Shown piece after piece: positions 1-10,040 of a stretch of DNA of 64,000 nt (its first letter is position 1; the number at the start of each line of letters is the position of its first letter). The translations under genes and the position numbers were made by a program. This stretch comes from an uncultured Acidobacteriota bacterium (lineage in GTDB: Bacteria > Acidobacteriota > Thermoanaerobaculia > Multivoradales > UBA5704), in the NCBI GenBank assembly GCA_963700145.1, contig OY969474.1:4640001-4704000 (forward strand), written 5' to 3'. Under the pieces are notes generated by a model that saw only the letters and a list, made by a program, of their open reading frames with translations, ran no database searches and had not been told where the DNA came from.

Positions 1-736
1 AGTAGAAGACCTCCGGCCCGCCGGCGGCGATGGCCTCGAAGGTGCGCGCCAGGTCCTCCTGCACCAGCGGCTCGCCGGCGGCGAGCGGCTGCCCGCCGCG
101 CCCGAAGACGGCGCGTGCCGGCTCCGACATCTCGGCGAAGGCGCCGGCGAGCGCCTCGGCGGTGCGCGCGCCGAGCGGGAAGCCGCCGCGCGCGGCACGG
201 ACGGCGGGCGCGAAGAGGCGCGCCCAGGGGAGGGCGCCCCAGCGCTCCGACATCGCCTTCCAGGCGTGGAGGTTGCCGGGGGTGGAGACCGACTTGGCGC
301 CGATCCGGTTCTCGAGGTAGCCAGGCGTCGGTGGGCGATAGTCGTCCGGGCGGACCCCGCGCGGGATGCGCCCGCTGGGGTTCAGGAACCAGGAGCGCCC
401 CTCGCCGGCGTCGTAGACCAGGATCGTGCCGTACCCGCCGAGCCCGGACATCTCGGGCTCGACGACGTTGAGCGTGGCGGCGATGGCGACCGCGGCGTCG
501 AAGGCGTTGCCGCCGGCCGCCAGCACCTCCAGCCCGGCCCGGGTGGCCAGCGGATGCGCCGAGCTGACCATGCCGCGGGATCCCACCGCCGGCGCCGCCG
601 AGCCGGCCGGCGCCGCGGTGGCCGCGGGCCGGGTCGGAGGCGTTGCCGGTTCCGCCGGTGCCCCCTGCCGGCTCACCGGCGCACAGCGGATGGCCAAGGC
701 CGTGCCGAGCAGGAGGGCGCTAGCGCGGAGGAACAC
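1..736 (-). CDS. ggt: Gamma-glutamyltransferase family protein, N-terminal part (runs off the window start)
   Basis: Manual translation of the minus strand gives GMVSSAHPLATRAGLEVLAAGGNAFDAAVAIAATLNVVEPEMSGLGGYG after a signal-peptide-like N-terminus; GTG at 736. Confidence 0.88.
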   Translation of the reverse strand, partial: MFLRASALLLGTALAIRCAPVSRQGAPAEPATPPTRPAATAAPAGSAAPAVGSRGMVSSAHPLATRAGLEVLAAGGNAFDAAVAIAATLNVVEPEMSGLGGYGTILVYDAGEGRSWFLNPSGRIPRGVRPDDYRPPTPGYLENRIGAKSVSTPGNLHAWKAMSERWGALPWARLFAPAVRAARGGFPLGARTAEALAGAFAEMSEPARAVFGRGGQPLAAGEPLVQEDLARTFEAIAAGGPEVFY

Positions 737-822
737 GCAAAAAATCTAGCATGCCGGTCGCGGACACCAATCACGGAACCTGCGCCCCTCCAACCTGGGC
801 TTTGTTGAGGCCCCGGCGGAGA

Positions 823-851
823 TTGTCTTCGACATTGGGATGTAGTTTAAT
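823..851 (+). promoter_or_regulatory. Putative sigma70 promoter (probably leaderless) for the ATPase-Schlafen pair
   Basis: TTGTCT-17 nt-TTTAAT, ending 6 nt before the GTG at 858. Confidence 0.45.
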
Positions 852-857
852 GGTCTC

Positions 858-2198
858 GTGGCTGCCATCCCGTTGCTGGACATTCTTCAAGACCAGAACC
901 CCTGGTGGAGCCAACCAGGAGCCCGTCGGGCTTTGCGCTATCCCGTACGGCGGGACTTCCAGCTTCACCTCCGCGAGCGGCTGGGACGAGAAGATCGCCG
1001 TGCCGCGCTCGTTATGGGTCCTCGGCAGGTTGGCAAAACGATCGGGCTCCTACAGCTCGCCGACGATCTTCTCGATGCCGGACTGCCTCCCGCCAACCTC
1101 ACCTACTTTGACTTCTCCGACGACCGATTGACCGTGCCCGTGTCTGCTCGCGAAGTTGAGGGCATACGTCCTGTTGGTTTCCAGGTCGAGGCCCCTCGAG
1201 TCTTGTTGCTGGATGAAATCCGCTTTGCCCCCAACTGGGATCGCTGGCTGAAGCAGGCTGTGGACGCATCAGTCGGACGCATCGTCGCGACCGATTCTGC
1301 AGCGAGCATCCTTCGCGCGGGGACTCGCGAATCCGGCCAGGGACGCTGGGACGAGCTACGGATCGAGGGCCTCTCCTTCGCCGAGTTCGCGCGCCTGCAT
1401 GCCATCGCCGAGGAAGATGTCGAACAAGTCCTTCTGCGCCGGCCCACCCTCCATGAGCATTACTTGCGTGTGGGCGGGTTTCCGGAACACGCGTTTAGCG
1501 ATGCCTACGCCGAAGTCCGGCAGCGTCTTCGGGCCGATATTGCTGAGCGCGCGATCTTCCGGGATCTCTTGCCACTGGGCGTTGACCTGCAGCGCGTCAA
1601 GGACCTCTTTGTCTACCTGGTTCAGGATTCTGGGTCCGTGTTCGAGGCGGCCGTCCGCGCGCGCGACCTAACGCCTGTGGCGGACGTGCGTTCCGTACAG
1701 GCATGGGTCGACCTTCTGGAGACGACTCTCATGCTTGCGCCCTTGGATCGATTCGGCCTTCGTCCCGCTGCGAGGTTGCGCTCCGGCCGGCGGTTGTATG
1801 CAGCGGACCACGGCTTGATCCAGGCCTTCGCGGTCGCTCCGCGGCGTGACGTGCGAGTGCTGGCCCAAGTCACCGAAGCAGTCGTGTTCCGCCATCTCCG
1901 GGATCTGGCGCGGGACTCTGGAAGCGAGCTGTCGTACTACCGCAAGGACGATGAGCACGAGATCGACTTCGTGCTCTCCTCGGCGACTGATGTCATAGCA
2001 ATCGAGGTGACGAGCAGCCGTCGTCTCCGCTCCGAGAAGCTGAAGGAGCTGCGCAGAGCCCAAACGGCTTTGAGGCCGAAGGCGACCCTCCTGATCTTCG
2101 GTGGTGTTGTGGAGAGCTCGGAAGACGATATCCGGGTTCTTCCCTTGGCTAGTTTCCTCCGCGACCCGCGGAAAATCCTCGAAGGAGTTCGGACATGA
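858..2198 (+). CDS. AAA_14 / DUF4143-type ATP-binding protein
   Basis: QNPWW N-terminus, Walker A GPRQVGKT, Walker B LLLDE, GGFPE motif, C-terminal EIDFV...AIEV nuclease-like motif. Confidence 0.88.
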   Translation: MAAIPLLDILQDQNPWWSQPGARRALRYPVRRDFQLHLRERLGREDRRAALVMGPRQVGKTIGLLQLADDLLDAGLPPANLTYFDFSDDRLTVPVSAREVEGIRPVGFQVEAPRVLLLDEIRFAPNWDRWLKQAVDASVGRIVATDSAASILRAGTRESGQGRWDELRIEGLSFAEFARLHAIAEEDVEQVLLRRPTLHEHYLRVGGFPEHAFSDAYAEVRQRLRADIAERAIFRDLLPLGVDLQRVKDLFVYLVQDSGSVFEAAVRARDLTPVADVRSVQAWVDLLETTLMLAPLDRFGLRPAARLRSGRRLYAADHGLIQAFAVAPRRDVRVLAQVTEAVVFRHLRDLARDSGSELSYYRKDDEHEIDFVLSSATDVIAIEVTSSRRLRSEKLKELRRAQTALRPKATLLIFGGVVESSEDDIRVLPLASFLRDPRKILEGVRT

Positions 2199-3403
2199 CC
2201 AATCCCCTCGGTCAGCGCGAGAGTCAGACCTTGGAGTTCAAGGGCGAGGCAGCTCTTCAGGATCTCTCCACGATTGCTCGTGGGGTGGTCGCGATGCTCA
2301 ATTCAACAGGCGGCAAGGTGTGGGTGGGGGTCCGCGAGCAAGATCAAGTTGCCGTGCAGCTCGAGCCCATAACTGACGTTGAAGACAAAATCAGGCGCCT
2401 GCATGACCACCTGATCGACACGATCGAGCCCTCGCCGGCCGAAGACGAGGTTGCTGTGCAGCGAGCCGAGGGCGATGTCATTAGAATTGACGTTCGTCCT
2501 CACAGGACTCAAAAACCATATGCATATTCCCGCAGCTCGGGAAGACTCTTCGTGACACGAGTTGGAAATCGACTTCGCCCGCTAGCACGGGAGGAGGTGG
2601 CCGATTTATTCAGAGGTAGTGGAGATGCAGGGACGTCGGGCAAAAAAACTAGATCCATTATCGAGAAGGTCAATGCGGACCTTCAGCAGGCAGTTGAGAA
2701 GGTTCCCAATGCGCATCACGACCTGTTTTGGCTGCGCCTTCAACCGATCGATGATCTCGAGTTGGACTTCGCTCGCCTGCGCCGCAGCGAGCTGCTGACC
2801 GATCCCGCTCGAGCCCAGGTCGAGGGTTTCACCGGGAATTTCACGAATGCCTATGTGTTAGGTGGACGAGCTCCTCAGCTGGTGGGCGGCAATTTGACCG
2901 TTGGCAAGGAAGGTGTGTATTGGCTTGCTGTCCAGCGTGACGGCGGATTACTCTTTACCGCCCCGCTCGCAAGCTTTGGAGCTAACCCAATCCAACCCGG
3001 AGAGCCGCTCCTGCATCCACTTTATCTCCTAGAGTACTCTGTTTCGATGCTGAGACTAGTTGCCGCCATGAATGCCGCGCATGAAATCTGGAAATTACCT
3101 GAGCGTCTTCCTTCGGCCTATGTAGCGCACATGGCGCTTTTCGGGCTTGGTGGCTGGAGCCTACTACCCGGAACACCCGGGACCGTTTCGTACAGCGGGC
3201 GTAGCGTTGGCGGTCAATTTGCCGGAGACGACCTCATCCTGGATAAGCCGCTCGTATTTAGCGCCGAAGAGATTCATGACGCTGCCGACCGCTGCGCGTT
3301 TCGACTTGTGGCACGTGTCTACGCCTCGTTCGGGTTCCTGGAGGACGCTATCCCTCGTCAGTTTGATCGTAAGGCCGGCCAGTACATCCCCGACCGGAAC
3401 TAG
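2195..3403 (+). CDS. Schlafen/AlbA_2 domain protein with an uncharacterised C-terminal domain
   Basis: ESQTLEFK...VAMLNSTGGKVWVGV AlbA_2 signature; ATGA overlap with the upstream ATPase; visibly lower GC. Confidence 0.82.
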   Translation: MTNPLGQRESQTLEFKGEAALQDLSTIARGVVAMLNSTGGKVWVGVREQDQVAVQLEPITDVEDKIRRLHDHLIDTIEPSPAEDEVAVQRAEGDVIRIDVRPHRTQKPYAYSRSSGRLFVTRVGNRLRPLAREEVADLFRGSGDAGTSGKKTRSIIEKVNADLQQAVEKVPNAHHDLFWLRLQPIDDLELDFARLRRSELLTDPARAQVEGFTGNFTNAYVLGGRAPQLVGGNLTVGKEGVYWLAVQRDGGLLFTAPLASFGANPIQPGEPLLHPLYLLEYSVSMLRLVAAMNAAHEIWKLPERLPSAYVAHMALFGLGGWSLLPGTPGTVSYSGRSVGGQFAGDDLILDKPLVFSAEEIHDAADRCAFRLVARVYASFGFLEDAIPRQFDRKAGQYIPDRN

Positions 3404-3623
3404 GCACTCGTGGCCGGCTCAAGCGTCAGGCGTCGCCTACCGGGTCCACGAGATCCTCTTCGCGGAGTGCTTCCGAGCAGGAGCCGACCTCAGCAAACGA
3501 CACGGCATCGACAGGATTGCCGCGCTTGATCGCGGTCATGATCTCATGACTAATAGCCCGCCTTAAGGAACTTGGCCCAATGCCTCCTCGTACATAGTGC
3601 CGCCTGCTCTATGATCCCGCCCC

Positions 3624-5072
3624 ATGCTGCGGCTGGAGACGGAGGCGCGGCAGGCGCTCTGGGGCCGCCTCGTCGCGGCCATCGAGGGGTATGCCGAGGG
3701 GGTGGACGACCTGCCGGTGGCGCCGCCGGCCGACTTGGGCGAGCTGCGGCGCCTCCTCGCGCCGTTCGACTTCGCGCGGCCGCTCGACCCCGAGGCGGCG
3801 CTCGACTTCGCGGTCGCCGGGCTCACCCGCCACCAGGTCCACACCCCGCACCCGCGCTACTTCGGGCTCTTCAACCCGGCGCCGACGACGATGGGCATCG
3901 CCGCCGACGCCCTGGTCGCGGCCTGGAACCCGCAGCTCGCCGCCTGGAGCCACAACCCCTTCGCCGCCGAGGTCGAGCAGCACCTGCTGCGCGCCCTGGC
4001 CGGCCGCTTCGGCTACGACCCGGCGCGCGCCGAGGGGACCTTCTGCTCGGGCGGCGCCGAGGCCAACCACACCGCCCTCCTCGTCGCCCTCCAGCGCGCC
4101 TTCCCCGAGGCCGGGCGGCGCGGCCTCCTCGCCCTCCGCAGCCAGCCGCTCGTCTACGTCTCGGCCGAGGCCCACCACTCCTTCGCTAAGGCGGCGCGGC
4201 TCTCGGGCCTGGGGACCGAGGCGGTGCGCGAGGTCGCGCTCGACGAGCGGCAGCGGCTGAGCGTCGGCGACCTCCGGCGGCGGCTCGCCGCGGACCGCGG
4301 GGCCGGGCACACGCCGTTCCTGGTCGTCGCCACCGCCGGCACCACCAGCGCCGGCATCATCGACCCGATCGCCGAGCTGGCCGAGGTGGCGGACGAGGAG
4401 GGGCTCTGGCTGCACGTCGACGCCGCCTGGGGGGGCGCGGCGGCGCTGGTGCCCGAGCTGCGGCCGGCGCTCGCCGGCATCGAGCGCGCCGACTCGATCA
4501 CGATCGACGCCCACAAGTGGCTGTCGGTGCCAATGGCGGCGGGCATCTACCTCCACCGCCACCCCGGCTTCCTCGAGCGCACCTTCCGCGTCGCCGCCGC
4601 CGGCTACATGCCGCGCGCCGCCGCCGGCGTGGCGGTGGCCGACCCCTACGCCCACAGCATGCAGTGGTCGCGGCGCTTCATCGGCCTGAAGCTCTTCCTG
4701 TCGCTGGCGGTCGCCGGCTGGGAGGGGTACGAGACCGCGATCCGCGAGCAGACGCGGCTCGGGCAGCGGCTGCGCGCCCTCCTCGCCGCCGACGGCTGGG
4801 AGGTCGTCAACGACACGCCGCTGCCACTGGTCTGTTTCGTCGACGGCCGCGGCCCCGAGGGGCGGACGGCCGAGGCCCTCGAGGAGGTGGCGGCGGCGGT
4901 CGTCGGCTCCGGCGCGGCCTGGATCAACGTCGTGCGCCTGGGCGAGATCGGCCCGGCGCTCCGCGCCTGCATCACCAACTACCGCACCCGGGAGAGCGAC
5001 CTCGAGGCCCTCGTCCGGGCGCTTGCCCGGGCCCGGGAGCTGTCCCACAATGTCGGCGCACGGCACTCTTGA
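3624..5072 (+). CDS. Group II PLP-dependent decarboxylase
   Basis: [34 protein letters not shown] (PLP lysine). Confidence 0.9.
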   Translation: MLRLETEARQALWGRLVAAIEGYAEGVDDLPVAPPADLGELRRLLAPFDFARPLDPEAALDFAVAGLTRHQVHTPHPRYFGLFNPAPTTMGIAADALVAAWNPQLAAWSHNPFAAEVEQHLLRALAGRFGYDPARAEGTFCSGGAEANHTALLVALQRAFPEAGRRGLLALRSQPLVYVSAEAHHSFAKAARLSGLGTEAVREVALDERQRLSVGDLRRRLAADRGAGHTPFLVVATAGTTSAGIIDPIAELAEVADEEGLWLHVDAAWGGAAALVPELRPALAGIERADSITIDAHKWLSVPMAAGIYLHRHPGFLERTFRVAAAGYMPRAAAGVAVADPYAHSMQWSRRFIGLKLFLSLAVAGWEGYETAIREQTRLGQRLRALLAADGWEVVNDTPLPLVCFVDGRGPEGRTAEALEEVAAAVVGSGAAWINVVRLGEIGPALRACITNYRTRESDLEALVRALARARELSHNVGARHS

Positions 5073-5095
5073 AGTGGAAACTAAGGAGATCCGTC

Positions 5096-5344
5096 ATGGC
5101 CTGGGACGACGAGAGGGAGGACACCACGATCTACAAGGTCGTGATGAACCACGAGGAGCAGTACTCGATCTGGCCCGCCCACCGCGAGAACCCGCTGGGC
5201 TGGAACGACGTCGGGAAGTCCGGCACCAAGCAGGAGTGCCTCGACTACATCAAGGAAGTCTGGACCGACATGCGGCCGCTGTCGCTGCGCAAGAAGATGG
5301 AGGAGATGGAGCGGCAGCGCCAGACGGAGCAGCCGAGCAACTGA
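5096..5344 (+). CDS. mbtH: MbtH-like NRPS accessory protein (82 aa)
   Basis: [13 protein letters not shown]...PLGW...[18 protein letters not shown]; AAGGAG RBS before ATG 5096. Confidence 0.95.
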   Translation: MAWDDEREDTTIYKVVMNHEEQYSIWPAHRENPLGWNDVGKSGTKQECLDYIKEVWTDMRPLSLRKKMEEMERQRQTEQPSN

Positions 5345-6111
5345 GCCGCGCCACCCCCTGGCTCGCCTACCGGGAGATCGACCCGCGGGCGCGCCTCCGC
5401 CTCTTCTGCTTCCCCTATGCCGGCGGCGGGGCCTCGGCCTACCGCGCCTGGGGCGCGGCGCTCCCCGCCGGCATCGAGGTCTGCCCCGTCCAGCTCCCCG
5501 GCCGCGAGGGCCGGCTGCGAGAGGCGCCGTTCACGCGGATGGAGCCGCTGGTCGAGGCGCTCGCCGGCGCGCTGCCGCTCGCCGACCTCCCCTTCGCCTT
5601 CTTCGGCCACAGCCTCGGGGCGCTCATCGCCTACGAGCTGGCGCGCGCCCTCCGCCGCCGCGGCGGCCCCGAGCCGCTCGCCCTCCTCCTCTCCGGTCGC
5701 CGCGGCCCGCGCGTGCCGCCGCGCGAGGAGCCGATCCACGCGCTGCCGGAGGCGGAGTTCATGGCCCGCCTGCGCGAGCTCAACGGCACGCCGGAGGAGG
5801 TGCTCGAGCACGGCGAGCTGATGGCGCTGCTCCTGCCTCTCCTGCGCGCCGACTTCGCCCTGCACGAGACCTGGGAGCTCCGGCCGGAGGAGCCGCTCGG
5901 GATCGGCATCTCCGCCTTCGGCGGCCTCGCCGACCCCGAGGTCACCCGCGAGGACCTGGAGGACTGGCGCGGCGAGACGCGCGGCCGCTTCCGCCTCCGC
6001 ATGCTGCCCGGCGACCACTTCTTCCTCCACTCGGAGCGGGCGCTGCTCATCGAGGCGGTGGCGCGCGACCTCTTCGAGCTGGCGCCGCTGCCCGCCGCGG
6101 CGCCCCCTTGA
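5341..6111 (+). CDS. Type II thioesterase (start uncertain, probably CTG at 5341)
   Basis: [20 protein letters not shown] nucleophile, LRADF, GDHFF. Confidence 0.9.
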   Translation: MSRATPWLAYREIDPRARLRLFCFPYAGGGASAYRAWGAALPAGIEVCPVQLPGREGRLREAPFTRMEPLVEALAGALPLADLPFAFFGHSLGALIAYELARALRRRGGPEPLALLLSGRRGPRVPPREEPIHALPEAEFMARLRELNGTPEEVLEHGELMALLLPLLRADFALHETWELRPEEPLGIGISAFGGLADPEVTREDLEDWRGETRGRFRLRMLPGDHFFLHSERALLIEAVARDLFELAPLPAAAPP

Positions 6112-6857
6112 CCGCCTTCGCGCCGCGCGCCGCCGGCGCGCCGCTCGAGCTGCCGCCGGGCGAGGTCCACGTCTGGGCGGCGCGCCTCGACCCGCCGCCC
6201 GAGCGGGTGGCGGCGCTGCGCTCGACCCTCGCCGCCGACGAGCGGGCGCGCGCCGACCGCTTCCGCTTCGAGGTCCACCGCCGCCGCTTCGCCGTCGGCC
6301 GCGGCCTGCTGCGCGAGCTGCTCGGCGCCTACCTGGGCGCCTCCCCCGAGCGGCTCGCCTTCGTCTACGGCGAGCGCGGCAAGCCCGACCTCGCCCCCGC
6401 CACCGCGCGCCCCGGCGCGCCGCTCCACTTCAACCTCTCCCACTCGCACGAGCTGGCGGTCCTGGCGGTGACCCGCGAGCGCGAGATCGGTGCCGACGTC
6501 GAGCAGCTCAAGCCGATGGACGACCTCGAGCGGATCGCCGAGCGCTTCTTCTCGGCGCCGGAGAACGCGGCGCTGCGCGGGCTGCCGGCGGCGGAGCGGC
6601 AGCGCGCCTTCTTCCGCTGCTGGACGCGGAAGGAGGCGTATCTCAAGGCCGTGGGGGTCGGGCTGGCGGCGCCGCTCGACTCGTTCGTGGTGACGCTGGG
6701 GCCGGAGGAGCCGCCGCGGATGCTGTCGCTCGAAGAGGACGCGGCGCGCGGCGAGCGCTGGAACCTCTGGCACCTCGAGCCGGAGGAGGGCTACTTCGGG
6801 GCGGTGGCGGTCGAGGCGGCGGGGCTCGTGCTCCGCGCCTGGAAGATGGTGACCTGA
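6108..6857 (+). CDS. Sfp-type 4'-phosphopantetheinyl transferase
   Basis: GKP, FNLSHS, IGADVE, WTRKEAYLKAVG motifs. Confidence 0.93.
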   Translation: MTAFAPRAAGAPLELPPGEVHVWAARLDPPPERVAALRSTLAADERARADRFRFEVHRRRFAVGRGLLRELLGAYLGASPERLAFVYGERGKPDLAPATARPGAPLHFNLSHSHELAVLAVTREREIGADVEQLKPMDDLERIAERFFSAPENAALRGLPAAERQRAFFRCWTRKEAYLKAVGVGLAAPLDSFVVTLGPEEPPRMLSLEEDAARGERWNLWHLEPEEGYFGAVAVEAAGLVLRAWKMVT

Positions 6858-8686
6858 GGCCGGCCCAGCCAGGCGTCGAGGCGCGCGGTCTGCTCGAGCG
6901 TGGCGTTGGGGTCGACCTCCAGCCGCCAGCGCTCGGGCGGCTTCTCGCCGAGCACCACGGCGAGCGGGATCAGCCGCTCGCGGCGGGCGACCAGGAGCTC
7001 GGTCTTGTCCCCCGGCCGGAACGCCTTGAGCCGCTCCTCGAGCTTCTCCGGCGGCACGCGGTAGCCGCCCAGGGCGAGGATCTCGTCCTCGACGTTGACG
7101 CCGGCGGCGTGCCCCGGGGTGCCGCGCTTGACCTCGGTGACCAGGAGGCGCCCGTCCCGCACCTCGACCTCCACCCCCAGCCACCCCGCCGGCTCCTCGG
7201 GCTCGGCCTCCTCCTTCTTCCACTTCGAGTCCTTGAACCGCAGGCCGTACCAGGCGAGGGCCTCGCGGTAGTCGAGCTCGGCGGGGCTGGACACCGCCTG
7301 TCCCAGCCACGCCTCCTGCGGCCCGCCCGCCACCTCTGAGATCAGCGCCAGGAACTCCTCGTGGCGGTAGCCGTGGGGCGCCCCCGCCCAGCGGGCCCAG
7401 GCGCGCCGCATGACGTCGTCGAGGCTGGCCTTCCCGGCCGAGACCATGCGGATGCGGGCGTCGAGCAGGAACCCGACGAGCGACCCCTTGAGGTAGTAGC
7501 TGACCGTGGCGTTAGGGGAGTTCTCGTCGCGGCGGTAGTGCTTGATCCAGGCGTCGAACGAGGCCTCGTCGAGCGGCTGCACCAGCCGGCCCGGCTGCGT
7601 CTGCAGCCGCTCGATGTCGCGCGACAGGCGCTTGAGGTACTCGTCGCGCGTCGAGAGCCCGGCGCGGTGCACCAGGAGGTCGTCGTAGTAGGCGGTCAGC
7701 CCCTCGGCGATCCACAGGCTCGGGGTGTAGACCTCGGTCTCGTAGTCGAACGGCGGCTCCAGCTCGCGCGGCCGCAGCCGCTTGACGTTCCAGGCATGGA
7801 AGAGCTCGTGGCTGGCGAGGGCCAGCCAGTCGAGCCACCCCTCGCGGGTGCGCGCCTTCCAGCGGCTGGTCATGACGGTGAACGACTCGGCGTGCTCGAG
7901 CCCGCCCGTGCCCTCGACGATCAGGTTGAGGAAGACGAAGCGGTCGTACGGGAGGTTGCCCCAGAAGGCCATCTGCTCGCGCACCAGCCGCTCCAGCTCG
8001 GAGGCCGAGCGGGGGCCGTCCCAGACCCCGCCCTCCCCCTCGTTGGCCAGCAGGTGGCTGCGCCCGCCGACCTCGAAGCGGTGGAGGGCGGGGTTGCCGA
8101 GGAGGATGGGGGCGTCGACGAGGGCGTCGTAGTCGTCCGCGCGGTAGCGGTTGGGGCCGCCGACCGGCTCGAGAGCGGTCACCACCGACGCCCACTGCGG
8201 CGCCGGCTCGATCTCGACGAAGTGGGTGCGCTGGCGGTCGGCGGCGACGGTCAAGAAGGTCGCGGCGCCGTTCAAGAAGGCGAAGTCGCGCTCGATGAAG
8301 TTGCCGCGCACCGTCAGCTCCCGCCCGTAGAGACGGTAGCGGACGGCGATCAGCGGCCGCCCGCCGGCGATCACCCGCCAGCGGCTCTTGGACGTCTTCT
8401 CGATCTCCAGCGGGAACCCTTCGGGCGTCGCGGCGGCGATCTGCTCGACGTTGCGCTCGTACTCGCGGACCAGGTAGGAGCCCGGGGTCCACACCGGCAT
8501 CATCAGCTCGAGGTGATTGACGCGGCCGGTGGGGATCAGCGCCTCGACCTCGACGGTGTGCGACTCCGGGCTCGGGAAGCGGAGGGTGTAGGTGATCGGC
8601 TCGGGCAGGGCGAGCGCGTGCCCGGCGGCCGTCGAGGCGCCGGCGAGCAGGAGGAAGGCGGCGAGGGGGAGGAGGCTGCGGCGCAT
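6791..8686 (-). CDS. M61 family glycyl aminopeptidase with PDZ domain, secreted
   Basis: Signal peptide MRRSLLPL, PVWTPGSY, GGLEH, HELFHAWNVKRLRP, SYYLKG, C-terminal PDZ. Confidence 0.9.
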   Translation of the reverse strand: MRRSLLPLAAFLLLAGASTAAGHALALPEPITYTLRFPSPESHTVEVEALIPTGRVNHLELMMPVWTPGSYLVREYERNVEQIAAATPEGFPLEIEKTSKSRWRVIAGGRPLIAVRYRLYGRELTVRGNFIERDFAFLNGAATFLTVAADRQRTHFVEIEPAPQWASVVTALEPVGGPNRYRADDYDALVDAPILLGNPALHRFEVGGRSHLLANEGEGGVWDGPRSASELERLVREQMAFWGNLPYDRFVFLNLIVEGTGGLEHAESFTVMTSRWKARTREGWLDWLALASHELFHAWNVKRLRPRELEPPFDYETEVYTPSLWIAEGLTAYYDDLLVHRAGLSTRDEYLKRLSRDIERLQTQPGRLVQPLDEASFDAWIKHYRRDENSPNATVSYYLKGSLVGFLLDARIRMVSAGKASLDDVMRRAWARWAGAPHGYRHEEFLALISEVAGGPQEAWLGQAVSSPAELDYREALAWYGLRFKDSKWKKEEAEPEEPAGWLGVEVEVRDGRLLVTEVKRGTPGHAAGVNVEDEILALGGYRVPPEKLEERLKAFRPGDKTELLVARRERLIPLAVVLGEKPPERWRLEVDPNATLEQTARLDAWLGRPQVTIFQARSTSPAASTATAPK

Positions 8687-8766
8687 CCATCCGGGAGCGC
8701 GTGCCACCGCACGCGCGAGAGCGACGGAGTCAGCGGCAGACCATAGCAGATCGCCCGCAGACGCCC

Positions 8767-8808
8767 GGCACGTAGGCCGGGCGCTACGTAGCGGCGGGCC
8801 TACGTGCC
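8767..8808. repeat. GTAG-type REP-like palindrome
   Basis: GGCACGTAGGCC ... GGCCTACGTGCC inverted repeat in a divergent intergenic region. Confidence 0.5.
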
Positions 8809-8870
8809 CGCCGTGTTCGCGGCGGGCGCCTGCTGGCGCTCCGCCGCGGCTTTGGGGGAGACTCCGCGCC

Positions 8871-10040
8871 GTGATCGCCCTTGGCAGCGAGCGGGAGCTG
8901 GAGCGCGAGGCGCCCTCGCTGTGGGCGGCGCTCTCGCCGCTCGGGCGGCGGCTGGCGGGCGGTGAGGCCGAGGCGGGGGCGGAGGGCGGAGCGTCCACGG
9001 GCGCGCCGGCGCTCGGCCTGCCGGAGCTGCGCCGGCGCTGGCGCGGCTGGCAGCGGCGGGAGGGGCCGGCGGCGTCGTCCACGCTGCCAGCCACGACGGT
9101 CGGGCTCTCGCACGCCCTGTCGCTGGTCGCGGACCTCTTCGCCGGGCCGGGGCGCGCGGTGGCGGTGCCGCAGCCCTTCTGGGGCAACTACCGGCAGTGC
9201 TTCGAGATGCGCAACGGCGCGCGCCTTCTGACCGCGCCGGCCTACCGCGGCGGCCGCTTCAACCCGCACGCCTGGAGCGAGGCCCTCGCCGAGGTGCCGG
9301 CGGGGGAGCCGGCGGTGGCGATCGTCAACCTCCCCTCGAACCCCGGCGGCTACTCGCCGGCGCCGGCGGAGCGCCAGGTCATGCTCGACGCGCTGGTCGC
9401 GGAGGCCGGCCGGCGGCCGCTCCTCGTGCTCTGCGACGACGCCTACGCCGGCCTGGTCTTCGAGCCGGGCATCCCGGCGGCGTCCCCGTTCTGGGACTTG
9501 GCGGGCGCCCATCCCAACCTCGTGGCGGTCAAGGTGGACGGCGCGACCAAGGAGTTCTCCTTCTTCGGCGGCCGGGTGGGGTTCCTCACCTTCGCGCTGG
9601 AGCCGGACGGGGAGGCGGCGCGGGCGCTGGAGGCGATGGGCGGGCGGCTGGCCGCAGCGACGATGGGCGCGCCGGCCGCGGCGCCGCAGGAGGTCCTGCT
9701 CGCCGCCCTGCGCCAAGAGGGGATCGAGCGCGAGATCGAGACGGTCCGCGCCCTCCTCGCCGGCCGCTACCGCGCCCTCCGCGACGCCCTCGCCGCCGCC
9801 GACCCGGCCCTGCTCCATGCCCTGCCCTTCAACTCCGGCTGCTTCGCCCTCGTCGAGCTACCCGGGGGTCTGAAGACCGACGTCCACGCCGTCCGCCGCC
9901 ACCTCCTCGACCACTGGGACACCGGCGTCATCTCCCTGGAACCCCGCTACCTCCGGATCGCCCACTGCTCGGTGGACGAAGCGGCACTGCCGGAGCTGGT
10001 ACGGCGGCTGGAAGGGGGAGTAGGGGAGCTCGTCGGGTAA
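8871..10040 (+). CDS. Class I/II PLP-dependent aminotransferase (N-terminal region appears shortened)
   Basis: PFWGNY, NLPSNPGGY, CDDAY, DGATKE...GGRVGF; GGGGAG RBS before GTG 8871. Confidence 0.8.
   Translation: MIALGSERELEREAPSLWAALSPLGRRLAGGEAEAGAEGGASTGAPALGLPELRRRWRGWQRREGPAASSTLPATTVGLSHALSLVADLFAGPGRAVAVPQPFWGNYRQCFEMRNGARLLTAPAYRGGRFNPHAWSEALAEVPAGEPAVAIVNLPSNPGGYSPAPAERQVMLDALVAEAGRRPLLVLCDDAYAGLVFEPGIPAASPFWDLAGAHPNLVAVKVDGATKEFSFFGGRVGFLTFALEPDGEAARALEAMGGRLAAATMGAPAAAPQEVLLAALRQEGIEREIETVRALLAGRYRALRDALAAADPALLHALPFNSGCFALVELPGGLKTDVHAVRRHLLDHWDTGVISLEPRYLRIAHCSVDEAALPELVRRLEGGVGELVG

Noticed and set aside
3425-3590. Possible minus-strand gene remnant (...ISHEIMTAIKRGNPVDAVSFAE...)
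   Set aside because: Short, no recognisable family; cannot be supported
6791-6857. 67-bp convergent overlap of the PPTase and M61 peptidase genes
   Set aside because: Most simply stop-codon drift of the peptidase tail; common in GC-rich genomes
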